From Klebsormidium nitens (lineage: Eukaryota; Plantae; Klebsormidiophyceae), in contig DF237484.1 in the NCBI GenBank assembly GCA_000708835.1, positions 1 through 62,141 on the forward strand: a DNA stretch of 62,141 bases, read 5' to 3'. Each line of letters begins with the position of its first letter. Position 1 is the first letter of the stretch. Positions 25,175 through 36,600 of this stretch are shown piece after piece. Under the pieces are notes generated by a model that made no database searches, was not told the DNA's origin, and saw only the letters and a program-made list of their open reading frames with translations. The position numbers and the translations under genes are program-made.

Positions 25175-28100
25175 ATGATCCGCGTGACGAGCAACAGCGT
25201 CCTGGTGGTCCCCCCTTTCGAATGCGCGTGGCTGTGCGAGGAGCTGCGGTTCAAGCAGCCGGGGGAGGGGTGCGTCACATTTGAGGCGCGGGCCGACAAC
25301 GACGTGACGGTGGTGTTCAAGGAGGAGAGCGGGTCGCGGCACTACCGCACGGACAGCGGGCGGCACTACACGGTGGTGCTGGGCAGCCACCGCAACAAGC
25401 GGATGCGCATTGAGGTGGATGGGCAGCCTGTGGTGGATGTGCCAGGGACGGCGGTCAGCAGCACGCAGTTTGAGCGCTACTGGATCGACATTCGGCAGGG
25501 GGTGATCACGGTGGGCAAGGGGGACCCTGGGCAGGCCGTGGTGTACCAGTGGACGGATGCGCAGCCCAACTGCGGGGTGCAGTATGTAGGGCTGAGCTCT
25601 TGGGACAAGTTTGTGGGCTACAGAAACATCCGAGTTTTGCCCACGCTGCATTCAGTGAGCGCACCTTCCGCCGATCAATCTATCCGCTTCCCCCTAGCCC
25701 AGTCCGGATTTGGGCAGTTCCTCAACAACAATGATCTCGCGGACGTGCATTTTACCGTGGGTTCCGCCGGCACCATCGTGCATGCCCACAGAGTAATCCT
25801 TGCCGGCTGCTGCCCCGCATATGCTCAACAGTTGGAGGCAGTGGGGCCAGAGGGAGCGATCGCCCTCCCAGCTGCCAAGGCTGAGGACCTGATCCATCTC
25901 CTCAAGTATGTCTACCTGGGAGCCGTCACGGTAAGCACGGGACCAGAGGTTATGCTGATATAAAGGTGGTACCTAGTGAAGGCCATCACTGCTCATAACA
26001 TCTCCTGCTTGAAATTGGAATCGATGAAGGTCGTGCAACTGTCCGCTTGACGTCTGCACGCCTGTGATGCCGCCCTTGCCGTTGCCCTTGCCTGCCTTGG
26101 TTAATTGTGCCCTATGATTTTGGCCCACTCTCGGCGAGCCATCTCGGAAAGCCGTCCCTTGTGCCCCTCCAGGTCCAGAAGGGCCAGCTCAGCCGACTGG
26201 AGGACCTGGGAGCCACCTTCGGGCTGACTGCCCTGCAGGAGCGCATTGCCACTGCGCAAGAGGCCCCCGAAAGTGACAAGGTGGAGCTGCGGCACGGAGA
26301 GCGTGCAGGATGCCATGCTGCAGAGGATGCCATGCTGGCGCCCCTCCCGCTGATGACGGACCGCCTGCTCTCATTTCTGGACACCGGGCAGTGGGCGGAC
26401 GTGGCGCTGTGCGTGGCCGGGCAAGGGGAGGTGGTGCGCGCACACCGGGTCGTCCTGAGCGCCTGGAGTGCACCAATGTGCCGGGTGAGAATGCGCCCGA
26501 GCAGCCGCGACGTTGTGTGAAGGTGACGTCTTCCGAGCGCCCGAAAGTTGGCGTGGTACGGGGCCACCAGGGTCCAATAATTTCAAGCGGTGTTGTTTTC
26601 TCCACATCAGCTGCCATGAGTAAGACGTGTGGGAAGTAAGAATGTGGGACAAATATAAACAAGAGAGGGACTTCCCATGTTGGTTTCTGATGTCGATAGG
26701 CGCAGCTAAGGCCGTCTTTTCTGGCTGTTGTGTGCAGATGTTCACCAATGGGATGCAGGAGAGTCGCACGCTGGCGGTCACCATCCACGACACGTCCGCA
26801 GCGGCGCTGCAGGCGCTGGTGCGCTTCATGTACTGCGGCCGCCTGGCACTGCCGGGGGAGGACAGCGAGGGCAGCCTGCTGCTGCCGTTGCTCGTCCTGG
26901 CAGACCGCTACCAGGTGCGCGCCCTGCGGGGCGCGGCCGCCGCGCGCATCCTCGAGCTGGCCAACCAGGTGAGCGCGGAAACCCCCTCAGTGAGCGGTGC
27001 ACTCGACTGGTGTACCTTATCGTTCTGGATTGCGTCTGAAAGGGCATTGTACAAGTCGTCTTTCTGATGCTTCGGGGTCTCCTCCTGTGTCTACAACCAT
27101 ATGTGTGAAGCACAATTTTCCCCTGCTGGATGTTCGTTGAGCCACCGGCCATGTTGTTGGTGTGCAGGACTCGGCGTGCGCCATCCTGCAGGTGGCTGCG
27201 GCCCTGCCTGGGTGCGAGGCGCTGCAGCGCGCGTGCGAGGAGACGTGCGCCACCTGCCTGGAGTACCTCATCAGCCCGCCCTCGCCCGAGTTCCTCGAGC
27301 TGGACTACGCCAGTGTAGCCGCCATCCTGCAGGTGCCCGCTGAACAGCCCTCAATCGCGCCACTTAATCTGGTTATCAACTCGATGTTCCATCGCAATAA
27401 TAAGACTTGAAATCCAGTCAGCTTTGAAGCACCATCACATGCTCCGTTGTTTGTAAATTGTCCCTCACGTTGCAGCATCTTGCTGTGGCACTCACCTTAT
27501 GTTTGTTAAGGGTTACATATGTAGCGTTGTCTCTCCTCGTGCAGCACCCCCAGCTGAGCTTGACCTCGGAGGAGCGTGTCTTGGACGCGGTGCTGCTGTG
27601 GGGTGCTCGTGGCAGCGGCCTTGCCACCTGGCAGGCCGTGGCCGCCGCGGTGCGGGACAGCGGGGCCGGCGCCGTGTTCCGCGAGCGCTTTGACGCCGTG
27701 GAGCAGCTGCTGCCCCTGGTGCACTTCCCCATCATGGCGCCCGCCGTGCTGCAGCAGGTGCGCTGGGCCGCGGGCAGCCGAAGCGCCCGCGCTCGGCCGT
27801 GGCAGAGCCGCCCTTGACACACGTTCCGAGGCTTTTTGTTGAGTCTTGGTGCTTGCGTGTTGGCATCATCTCGAGTTTCGAGCGGATTCCATCGTCACCA
27901 CACTCCAGCCATCTTCTGGGTCGCCGTCTTTATGAATTTCCTTGTTTTGTCCATCCTGCCGTAAGCAATGACCGGCGGGGGCTGTGTTGCGGTGTGGTGC
28001 GTGCAGCTGTGGCCCGCCTCCCTGGTGGCGGCGCTGCCGTGCCTACAGGAGCTGGTCCGGGAGGCGCTGCAGTACCAGGGCCTCGACCAGGACGTCTCCG

Positions 28101-29935
28101 CACAACACAGGTGAGCTACCGGCCTCCGTACCACTGCCACACCGCACTGCCGCTGACAGAACCGGTGGAAGGAGAACGCGGACTACAGTTTGCAGTCCCA
28201 GACACCCACACCGCCTGGTACACAGGGCGCGCGCGGGCCGGTACGTACTCCGTCAAGGATCGAACATCAGTGCGGCCGACGTTGCGGCCAATAGACCCCT
28301 ATGTGGGTCGCCAGCGATCCGGCATGTCAAACCTCGAGGCTAGGCTCGCCGGCGGTGACGTTCCCAGACCCGGTGCTCGCGCACGGAGTACCAAGCGGTG
28401 TGGGGGTCTGGGACTGCAAACTGCAGTCCACGTTCTCCTTCCCTCCGTTCTGACAAGACCCAAGCGGCGTGCTTATCTGGTTGCGTATTCATCACGAGCA
28501 CACGCTGACATCACTGGCAAGCAGCTGATCGACGAGGAACCTTGGTCGACGCCTCATGTACTCTTGGAGAAGGGTTTCCTTGCACTTCTCCAGGATCTTG
28601 ATCTCAAGATTGGGATTCGCAGTAGCGCCTCCGCTATTGACATAGACTTCCCACGATGCTCTAGTGGCTGCTTCCGAGATTCGGACTTCGATCACTTGAT
28701 CCTCTCGTGGCGCAGGCGGAGTTACCAGGCGCTGGACGTGGACATGGCGTCCCGTGCGGTGAAGCCGCAGCACGGCAACCTGCGCTTCCAGCGGCGCCTC
28801 TACTCGTACAAGGAGCTGCTGTACATCTGCGACGGCGACACGCACGGCGTGTGCCACTTCGCGGGCACCTCGTACGGGCAGCACCCCTGGATGAACCCCG
28901 TCGTCGCGCGCCGCCTCACCGTCACCCCCTCCAGCCCGCCCTCCCGCTACACCGACGGCAAGCTCATCGTCAGCCGCAACTACACGGTGAGGGCCCGCCG
29001 GCTTGGCGACCGCGGGACGTTGACAAAGCAGGGGGACGATGCTTGGTGCACGGCACTCTCATCTCCGAAGTTGAGGCCCCCCTTTTGTTTTGTGGCGCCG
29101 CTCCATAGCGAGATTGCACGGTGATGCGTCCGCGACTTCCCAGCATGTATCCTGAAGCAGTCCGGCATCTTGCAGTGCACGTCGTACGCGGGTCCGTGCT
29201 ACGAGGACGGCCACCTCACCGCCTGGTGGAAGATCGATCTGGGGGAGGAGCATCAGGTGCGCCGCCGCTTGTGTACCCAGCAGGGCGTGCGCGGGCGGGG
29301 GGGTGCCGGCCAATGATTCGCACAGCTTTGCCGGAAGAAGTCTCTGGCGCCAGCTTGATGCCGCCCCTTCCCCGCGCCCGTCTTGAGATTGTGCTTAATC
29401 TAACATGGGATCGGTCTGTGGCTGCAGCTCATGTGCAATTACTACACGCTGCGGCAAGACGGGTCGGCAAACTTTCTGCGAACGTGGAAACTCCAGGTAA
29501 CAGATACCTCTGTGTCGGCGAGTTATTGAAGATAGGAACAGACAAGCCCGCTTCGTGAGATGCCGGCCTCTTTGCGGACGCGTTTTGCATGTTGCGGGAG
29601 ATCGGTTCGCTGGTCGATATACAAACGAGGACGGGCTTTGGTTGGGCCTGCTCTTTTGTTGCTTGTGGTCGCCACTCCCGTGCCCCGGCTGATGGGCGGC
29701 GGGGCGTGCGTGGCAGGGGTCCCTGGACGGCGGCACCTGGACGGACCTGCGTGTGCACAGCGACGAGGCGACCCTGTCCAGCCCGGGGCAGTACGGGTCG
29801 TGGCCCATCTCGGGGCCCACCGCCGCGCTGCCCTTCCGCATGTTCCGGGTCCTGCTCACGGGCCCTTCCACGAGCAAGTCGAAGCCGTGGAACCTGTGCT
29901 TATGCTACGTTGAACTCTATGGGTACTTCCGCTAG
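25175..29935 (+). CDS. BTB/POZ protein: farnesoic-acid-O-methyltransferase-like N-domain, 2x BTB, BACK, discoidin/F5-8 type C (Arabidopsis At2g30600-like)
   Basis: VPPFECAW...GCVTFEARADNDVTVVF...YVGLSSWDKFVGYRNI; two BTB starts (DVHFTVG...HAHRVIL, DVALCVAG...RAHRVVLSAWS); BACK (SEERVLDAVLLW); C-terminal YICDGDTHGVCHFAGTSYGQHPWMNP...LCYVELYGYFR*. Confidence 0.93.
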
Positions 29936-32523
29936 CACTGGCTCGAGATTGAGACAGGTGGAGCCTGAAGCGTTAGTTTCTTTTCTTGCGCGCTCTCGGG
30001 AACGGGCCTGCTGTTCTGGAAGAAGCAAGTCTCTCGCAAGCTGACATGTACGGTGATTAATCAGGTTTCGGTCATTGAGAAATGATTCTTTTGGGAGTCT
30101 GGGATGAAAACCAAATGAAGGCGTTAAGAGAACTGGTATATGTATAATTGGATAGAACATGCTGGATCACATGTCAAATGTTGAAATATGTTAAGGTAGT
30201 CGGAGTTCTTAAACTTAGGAGCTTTTGTAGTTGCGGTTTGTGCAGGACGAGCTATATGTCGAAATTGAATTGCGAGGGGGTGACAAATGGAATGACACTT
30301 GATTTACTTATTAGCCATTTTCGCGATGTGCATTCTAAATCTGCAGAAATCAGTGCCGCATGCACCCCGGACCATGCACCATGATGGAAAATCTGCCAAG
30401 TTGCAGACATGGTTTCCAGGCATGCTCGGCCTAGGCAGATCGCACAGTAAGGTCATGAAGCACATGCATGTATCTCCGGCAGGACGTGAAGGTTCCATTT
30501 TTAGGTCACCGACCACAGGTTTTCAGACCCAGCGTGGTTGCAAGTCACGCGTCCAAAATAAAGATGTAGCAAATATGCGGCGCGGCATATTCAGTGCATG
30601 ACCGAGCTTTGCATTTGCTCCAGATCACACTTAAATTCTAATAACATTTATAGTATGCGGAAAGCTAGACTTATAGCTAGCTGGTATATTGTTGGGTGTA
30701 AAATTTCCGGATCAGATATTATGCCTAACATATGGTGCGCAATTCGAATTTGGACATCGGATTCCCCTTCATGGTGATATGTGGACTGTACCAACTCGAT
30801 CGTCATCATGCAAGCGCGGCGGGAGTTCAACACATCAGGAAGCTATGTGATGTGCATGAGTAATGATTGATACAGTAGTTACGCCACATGAAATGTGAGG
30901 TAGCACATGTCATGTTAGTCATTTTGCTTTAAGTTGTTAGTAACCGCTTGGTAATAAGAATAGTAACATTCTTTGATGAAGCCCGAACTCCGAGATTGCT
31001 TGTTTCTGAGCCAAGGGCCCGTGCCTACGCGTGTATTAAAAGAAGTGACCATGCAAAAATAGAAATAGATACAAACACTCTCAGACTAGCCTCGCAGCAA
31101 CTGCATCACAATGACGCAGGCTATGCAGATTTGGCCCTGTACTCCCATGCGAGTATGTGCATACTTGCAAACTTTTTTCATATTGAGCCCAACAGATCCA
31201 GCTTTGGTTGTGATGATCCATAAGCAATCAAACAAAGAACAACCTACCAACCCAACTAAAGAGATAACAAATCATTATATCAATGTTACTGCCTTGTTAA
31301 CGTGTGCTTTTGCTTAATTACCAAAAAGCGTGCGATAGTGAGCAAAGTCTCCAGATGAATGAGCTAGATGCTCACTCGTCATTGCTGAAAATAGCAGCTT
31401 TTGGAAGGGGCATGAACATGCTTGGTTGTTCATTGACGAAACCATATTGGGGTCGCCTGAAAACCAAGCTCCAAATCCCCTGTAAGCAATCTCAAAAACC
31501 ACGAATTTTGCATACCTCAATGCACTTTACCAGAAGGATGAACATAGAAGCATTTGAAAGTTCCAAACAAGAAGCAAAAGAGACCCTGGAAGTGAACTTG
31601 GTAACCCAATCGGCAGCCAAGGTTTTAGAAGTGGGGGGGCCAATCTCTAGATAAGAGTGTCTTTATGTGTACGTGTTTGAGCAGGCACCTTATCCTTCGA
31701 AGCAGGCGGACATCTTTCCAGCATCAGTGAGAAGGGAATTGAATCTCAACGTCTATGACACTCGGCAGAAAATTGCACGAGCTGTAGTTTTGTCTTAGAT
31801 GCTTCCCACGATGGCCAGAATGCAAGCAATGCAAGAAGCTACCCCAGAAAAAATGCAAAACCTCCGCCGGCCACCAGCAAATCGTCTGCGCATGAAGCTT
31901 AACGGTGCAGAATGTGCTTGGAGAATAAAAAAGCAGATTTGCAAGGCACGAACTGCGCCCAAAGGACTGCTAAGGGATGCCTTTTCGCGCTGTTAGAAAG
32001 CTCGAACGCGGGTGCTCTGAGGGTCAACAGGGGCAGCACACATCATCGCGTGCTCTACTCACCACCTATAGAGACTCATGTGAAGTCCTCCAAACTGTCC
32101 CCGCACGAATATCACACAGCTAATTAAAAAAGCGAGAACAGATACCAGAATGCACCAAAATAGAACGCGTGGTTTGCCAGGCAGACGGTCATGAGTACAA
32201 ATACCTGCAGGTGTGTGGTGAGGTGACAACTGCGCACCCCTTTGTGAAAAGAAGGCCCGGACTCTCCGTTCTGACTGCACCATTACCATTCCAGCAATCT
32301 GCCAAACCGTGCGGAGCAGAGGCTCTAGCAAGCTTGAGACAAGCAATGCTAGGTCACTGGGTTCAACACAGGTACAACATTCAAATGCAGGTTCATGAGC
32401 AGATATTGTCTTGCTTGCTGTAGCAACACTTTGCAAACCTACTAGGAACTTCCTTTAACTCTAGAGCCACTTGTATGGAACAGAGCATAGCAGCCTCCCT
32501 TATCTAGGATCAAAGTCTGTGTC

Positions 32524-33081
32524 TTAGATAGACTGGTTCAATTCGTCCAGATACTGTACATCCAACAGCCCTGCATTTGCTTCCGTGATCGGCTCGTTGT
32601 AGTTCGTGTCAAATGATGGCATGCTGCCCCTGTCCTCTCTCCTGGCCCGTGGCTTGAACACCTTGGGCTCTTCCCCGATCAGCGGCATCGTGTTTCCATA
32701 GAAGTCGTCATTTCTCTTCCTGGCAACCCGTCTGTCCCTAGCGTCCCGTTTCAACTTTTGCATCAGTCTCCGCTTCCTTTTCTCCTGATTGTCCTCATGG
32801 AAACGCTTCCGTCGAACTTCGAAGAGAACTCCCGACGACTTGACCTCACGGATGAAACGCTGAATGCCCCTCTCTAGGTCATCCCCCTCCATGAACTCCA
32901 CCTCCGCATTCACAGGGTGCTGCGACATGGCCACCCTGGCACTGCAAACCTGCCGGGGGAGAAGCAGAGGCGTGGGTCGCGAGCAGGTAACCCCATCTAT
33001 GCAGTTCTTTTGCCGCATCCCGCTAAACTGGCCCACGGGAGCAACAGCCCCCATGCGGCACAAACTAATGCTACCCGCCAT
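32524..33081 (-). CDS. rps21: organellar (probably plastid) ribosomal protein bS21-like, intronless, with transit-peptide-like N-terminus
   Basis: VEFMEGDDLERGIQRFIREVKSSGVLFEVRRKRFHEDNQEKRKRR fits the bS21 pattern (V...E..E.AL.RF.R.....G...E...R.F.E...EKRKRK). The N-terminus from ATG 33081 has few acidic residues and is Ser/Arg/Ala-rich. Confidence 0.75.
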   Translation of the reverse strand: MAGSISLCRMGAVAPVGQFSGMRQKNCIDGVTCSRPTPLLLPRQVCSARVAMSQHPVNAEVEFMEGDDLERGIQRFIREVKSSGVLFEVRRKRFHEDNQEKRKRRLMQKLKRDARDRRVARKRNDDFYGNTMPLIGEEPKVFKPRARREDRGSMPSFDTNYNEPITEANAGLLDVQYLDELNQSI

Positions 33082-33254
33082 CCTGCTGCAGGTCGACCAC
33101 CCCACACAATCACAAAAGAGGTGATCCTACTCTGCACTGAAGAGTCGCCCTCCAAGGCTGCACGACGACCCTGGTCGGCAATGCAGAGCCCCTCAATCCC
33201 GAAAAGCGCGTCCTGTCAACTCTTCCTCCTTGACAATGGTAGGCCTACCTACTC

Positions 33255-33464
33255 TAGGGTTTGATCTAGGGAGGGGGAAGGGTTTCGTGGCTTGGATAGG
33301 TTTCCTCCAAACCCGAAACGTTAATGCAAGTGAACCAATTTTAAAGTGGAAGCTCCTGCAAAATTCAAAACCAGATTACCGTATCCTGGGTTTCAGATGT
33401 CAAGAAACCGACCCGGTATTTAAACCCCGGTTTTCGTCGTCCGGGTTTCTGTTGCCAATGGGCC
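33255..33464. promoter_or_regulatory. telo-box (TAGGGTTT, 33255-33262) and site II motif (TGGGCC, 33459-33464) in the rps21/USP divergent promoter
   Basis: Exact motif matches about 175 and 380 bp upstream of the rps21 ATG. This motif pair is established for plant translation-machinery promoters, but short motifs also occur by chance. Confidence 0.35.
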
Positions 33465-33686
33465 ATGGCCATGCTGCTTTGATTTTGTTCAGAAAGCTGT
33501 TCACTCTCAATCATAATGCATTGTGCAACTAGGAGTAGGAGGATGGGCAGCCAATGCCAATGGTGGCACATAGGAACATGGCATCGCCCCATTGAATCAT
33601 GCAATTGAGGGAGTCGCAGCTTGGTGCTGAAGCAAAAACCGTCAAAATTATGCTCGTTGAAGGCTGACACTCCACGCCGGCGCACC

Positions 33687-36600
33687 ATGTCGCGTTTGAT
33701 TGGTGACCTGACAGGGAACATCTTTGAGGAGGCGGACTCGGGTTTTGGCCTGGTGAGCCAGCCGAAGTCATACAAACGGCCTCTCCTGTCTGCTGAAGCG
33801 CAGCCGCGGGGGGCCAGTGGCTTTGTGGGCCTGCAGAACCAGGGCATGACGTGCTACCTCAACAGCCTGCTGCAGACCATGTTCCTGACGCCCGAGCTGC
33901 GCGCCGGCCTGTACCAGGTGCCACTGCAAGAGCTGGGCTTGAACGCGGACGAGATGCAATCGGAGGCAGCAGCAGGGGAACCACTGGGGGCCACCCCCAA
34001 GGAACACGAGGAGGCAAAGCAAGGCCAGATAGATGCGGGAGCAGCTGCGATGGAGTCGCTGATGGGCATGGGTTTCCCAGTTGATGAAGTGGAACGTGCG
34101 CTGAAGAAGTTTCACAATGACGTGCAGCGAGCAGCGGATTGGCTGCTTGCCCGGGCATGCTCAGGAGACAAGGCGGAGCTGCCAGACGAGGATACAGACA
34201 CGTACGAGGACCTGCCGCCCTTGGAAGCGCCGGGGGCTGACGACAGCAGTCCACTGATGGGGTCAGAGGGGTTGATAGTCAGCATGGAGATGGACAAAGA
34301 ACCAGTGGAGGGCCCTTTGACAGCAGTGGCGCAGGATGCGGTGGACGCTTTCAACAAGCGCTTGTATGACATGGATGAAAGTGGTATGGAGGCAGAAGGG
34401 CTGTCGTCATCTCAGAAGAGCGTGAATGGGGCCAACGGCAGTCAGGAGCATGGCAGAGGAACCCAGGGTGGGAAGCACAGAGAGACAGAGGACGCTGAAG
34501 GGGAGGAGGGGGAGGAGGCAGCGGCAGCCATTGGTGGTGACAACACCGCAAATACACCCGCGATTGCTGTTCCGCCAAAGCCAAAACGAAGAAGACGGGG
34601 CCTCATTATTGAGTTGCAGAAGGCGTTCGCATGGTTGCAGGTGCGTCTTAGCCCTGGCGGTCAAACACAGGGTTGATGACAAGTCTCTGAACTGTTTTTC
34701 GTTCATATGTGTAGAGTCTGATGCCCACTCTCTTGCAGATTATCTTGAGATTTAATGCACAGCTTCAAAGGTCCCTGCAATTCTTCGTCCTAACGGAATG
34801 CTTTGGTCTCCATGGAACGTAGAAATTTTGGTGGAGCAGGTCTGCAGAGCCATCTGGACAGGGCCTTCACAGTAACAGTCCAAGTCAATGACCTCACAAA
34901 TGGTGTCCCTGTCGGTTGGCCAGCCAGTACAATCGGAATGCAGGTTTCTGTTTAGCCCCTTCTCAAGCTCGAGTTGCTGCCTTCTGACCTTTGTTGCGAC
35001 ATTTCTGGGCAGGCCGTTGACCAGAAGGCCATCTCTACGGAGGACCTGACGCGGGTGTTTGGGTGGGACGGCAGCGAGGCGCGCGTGCAGCACGACGTGC
35101 ACGAGCTGAACCGCATCCTGTTTGAGAGCGTCGAGTTCTACCTCAAGGGCACCCAGCAGGAGAGCCTCGTCAAGGACCTGTACCATGGCACACTCGTCAA
35201 CCAGGTGCGCCACAACTGAGCCACGCTACACCCGTACGCCAGATCTTCCAGCTTGATTATGCCAGTGCCTTCTCTACGGGTTGATACGGTAGGACTGTCA
35301 TGGGCTCTATGGACGCATCGTTCACATCAAAATCGTCTGTGGGTTGGGTCTCTTGTTGACGAACTTTGCATGTTGCTGGCACAAGACGTCTTTCTCAAAC
35401 TTGCGGAAGATGTTCATTGTGTGTGTGGTGCATCTATTGCGCGCAGGTGGAGTGTTTGCGGTGCGGTGCTGTGAGTGAGCGCCACGAGGAGTTCAGCGAC
35501 ATCCCGGTGGTGGTCAAGGGCTTCTCCAGCCTGGAGGAGAGCCTGGCTGCCGCCGCCAAGGCCGAGATGCTGGACGGGGACAACCAGTACTTTTGCGAGC
35601 GCTGCCAAGCCAAGGTACGCCCTCAACACACCCCCTTCTCTGGCCGCCCTTGCCCGCATTGCTTGCATTTTGCTTCTGGCAGGGAAGCCCCGCCCAAGTC
35701 GAGCTCCTTCCTGAGGTACCCTTGTGACGTCTCGCAGGCCCAGCCCTCAACCGAGCCTGCTCTCTGTGTGCAGGTAGATGCGCAGCGGTCCCAACGCTTC
35801 CGGTCGCTGCCGCCCCTGCTCACGCTGCCGCTGTGTCGCTTTGAGTATGACTGGGACCGCGACGAGCGACGCAAGATCACGACCCCCTTCTCCTTCCCCC
35901 TCACCCTCAACCTGGCCCCCTACATGGCACCCCCCTCCTCGGACGGCCAGCCCGCCAACCACGACGCGGCAGCTAACGGGAGCGCAGGGGCGCCGGGCGG
36001 CCCTGGTGGCGCGGCGCTGTTTGACCTGCTGTCGGTCGTGATCCACAGCGGGAGCGCACACAGCGGGCACTACCACGCCTACATCCGCGACATGCTCAAC
36101 GAGGGCAAAGGACGCCCCGAGGGTCCGACAGCGGGCCAAGACATTTCGTGCGGCTTTGACGTGGCGGCGGGGCTGGAGGGGCAGGTGCGAGGGGGCATGC
36201 TGTATGAGGGCGCCGGCTTCAACGAAGGGCTGGAGCAGGCAGGGTCCGCCATGCATGCACTAGTGGAGGCAGCGGTGCAGGAGAGCGGGCGGGATGCTGC
36301 GGCAGGCACCCCGCACCAGGACGGCCAGGGGGTGACGGACCAGCCAGGGGAACCGAGCGCGGGCAGCAGTCCGGCCGACGCGGCGGAGGGCATGGATGAG
36401 CCAGACTACGGAAACTGGTACGACTTCAATGACAGCAACGTGAGTGTGGTGCACTGGTCCGCCATCACGAGCCAGTTTGGCGGCGGCAACGAGTGCGCCT
36501 ACATGCTCACCTACCGCGCGCGCCTGCCCCCTGGCCAGCTCCTTGCACCCCCTGCCCTGGCAGCAATCGCACACGAGGCACACGAATGCGGAGAAGCAGG

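Noticed and set aside
27799-29124. 441-aa ORF as a single coding exon
   Set aside because: It reads through BTB-gene introns; the flanking exons join directly in phase (QH-R-RSYQ).
30000-32500. Short ORFs between the BTB and rps21 genes
   Set aside because: No codon bias or motifs; probably UTR or intergenic DNA.
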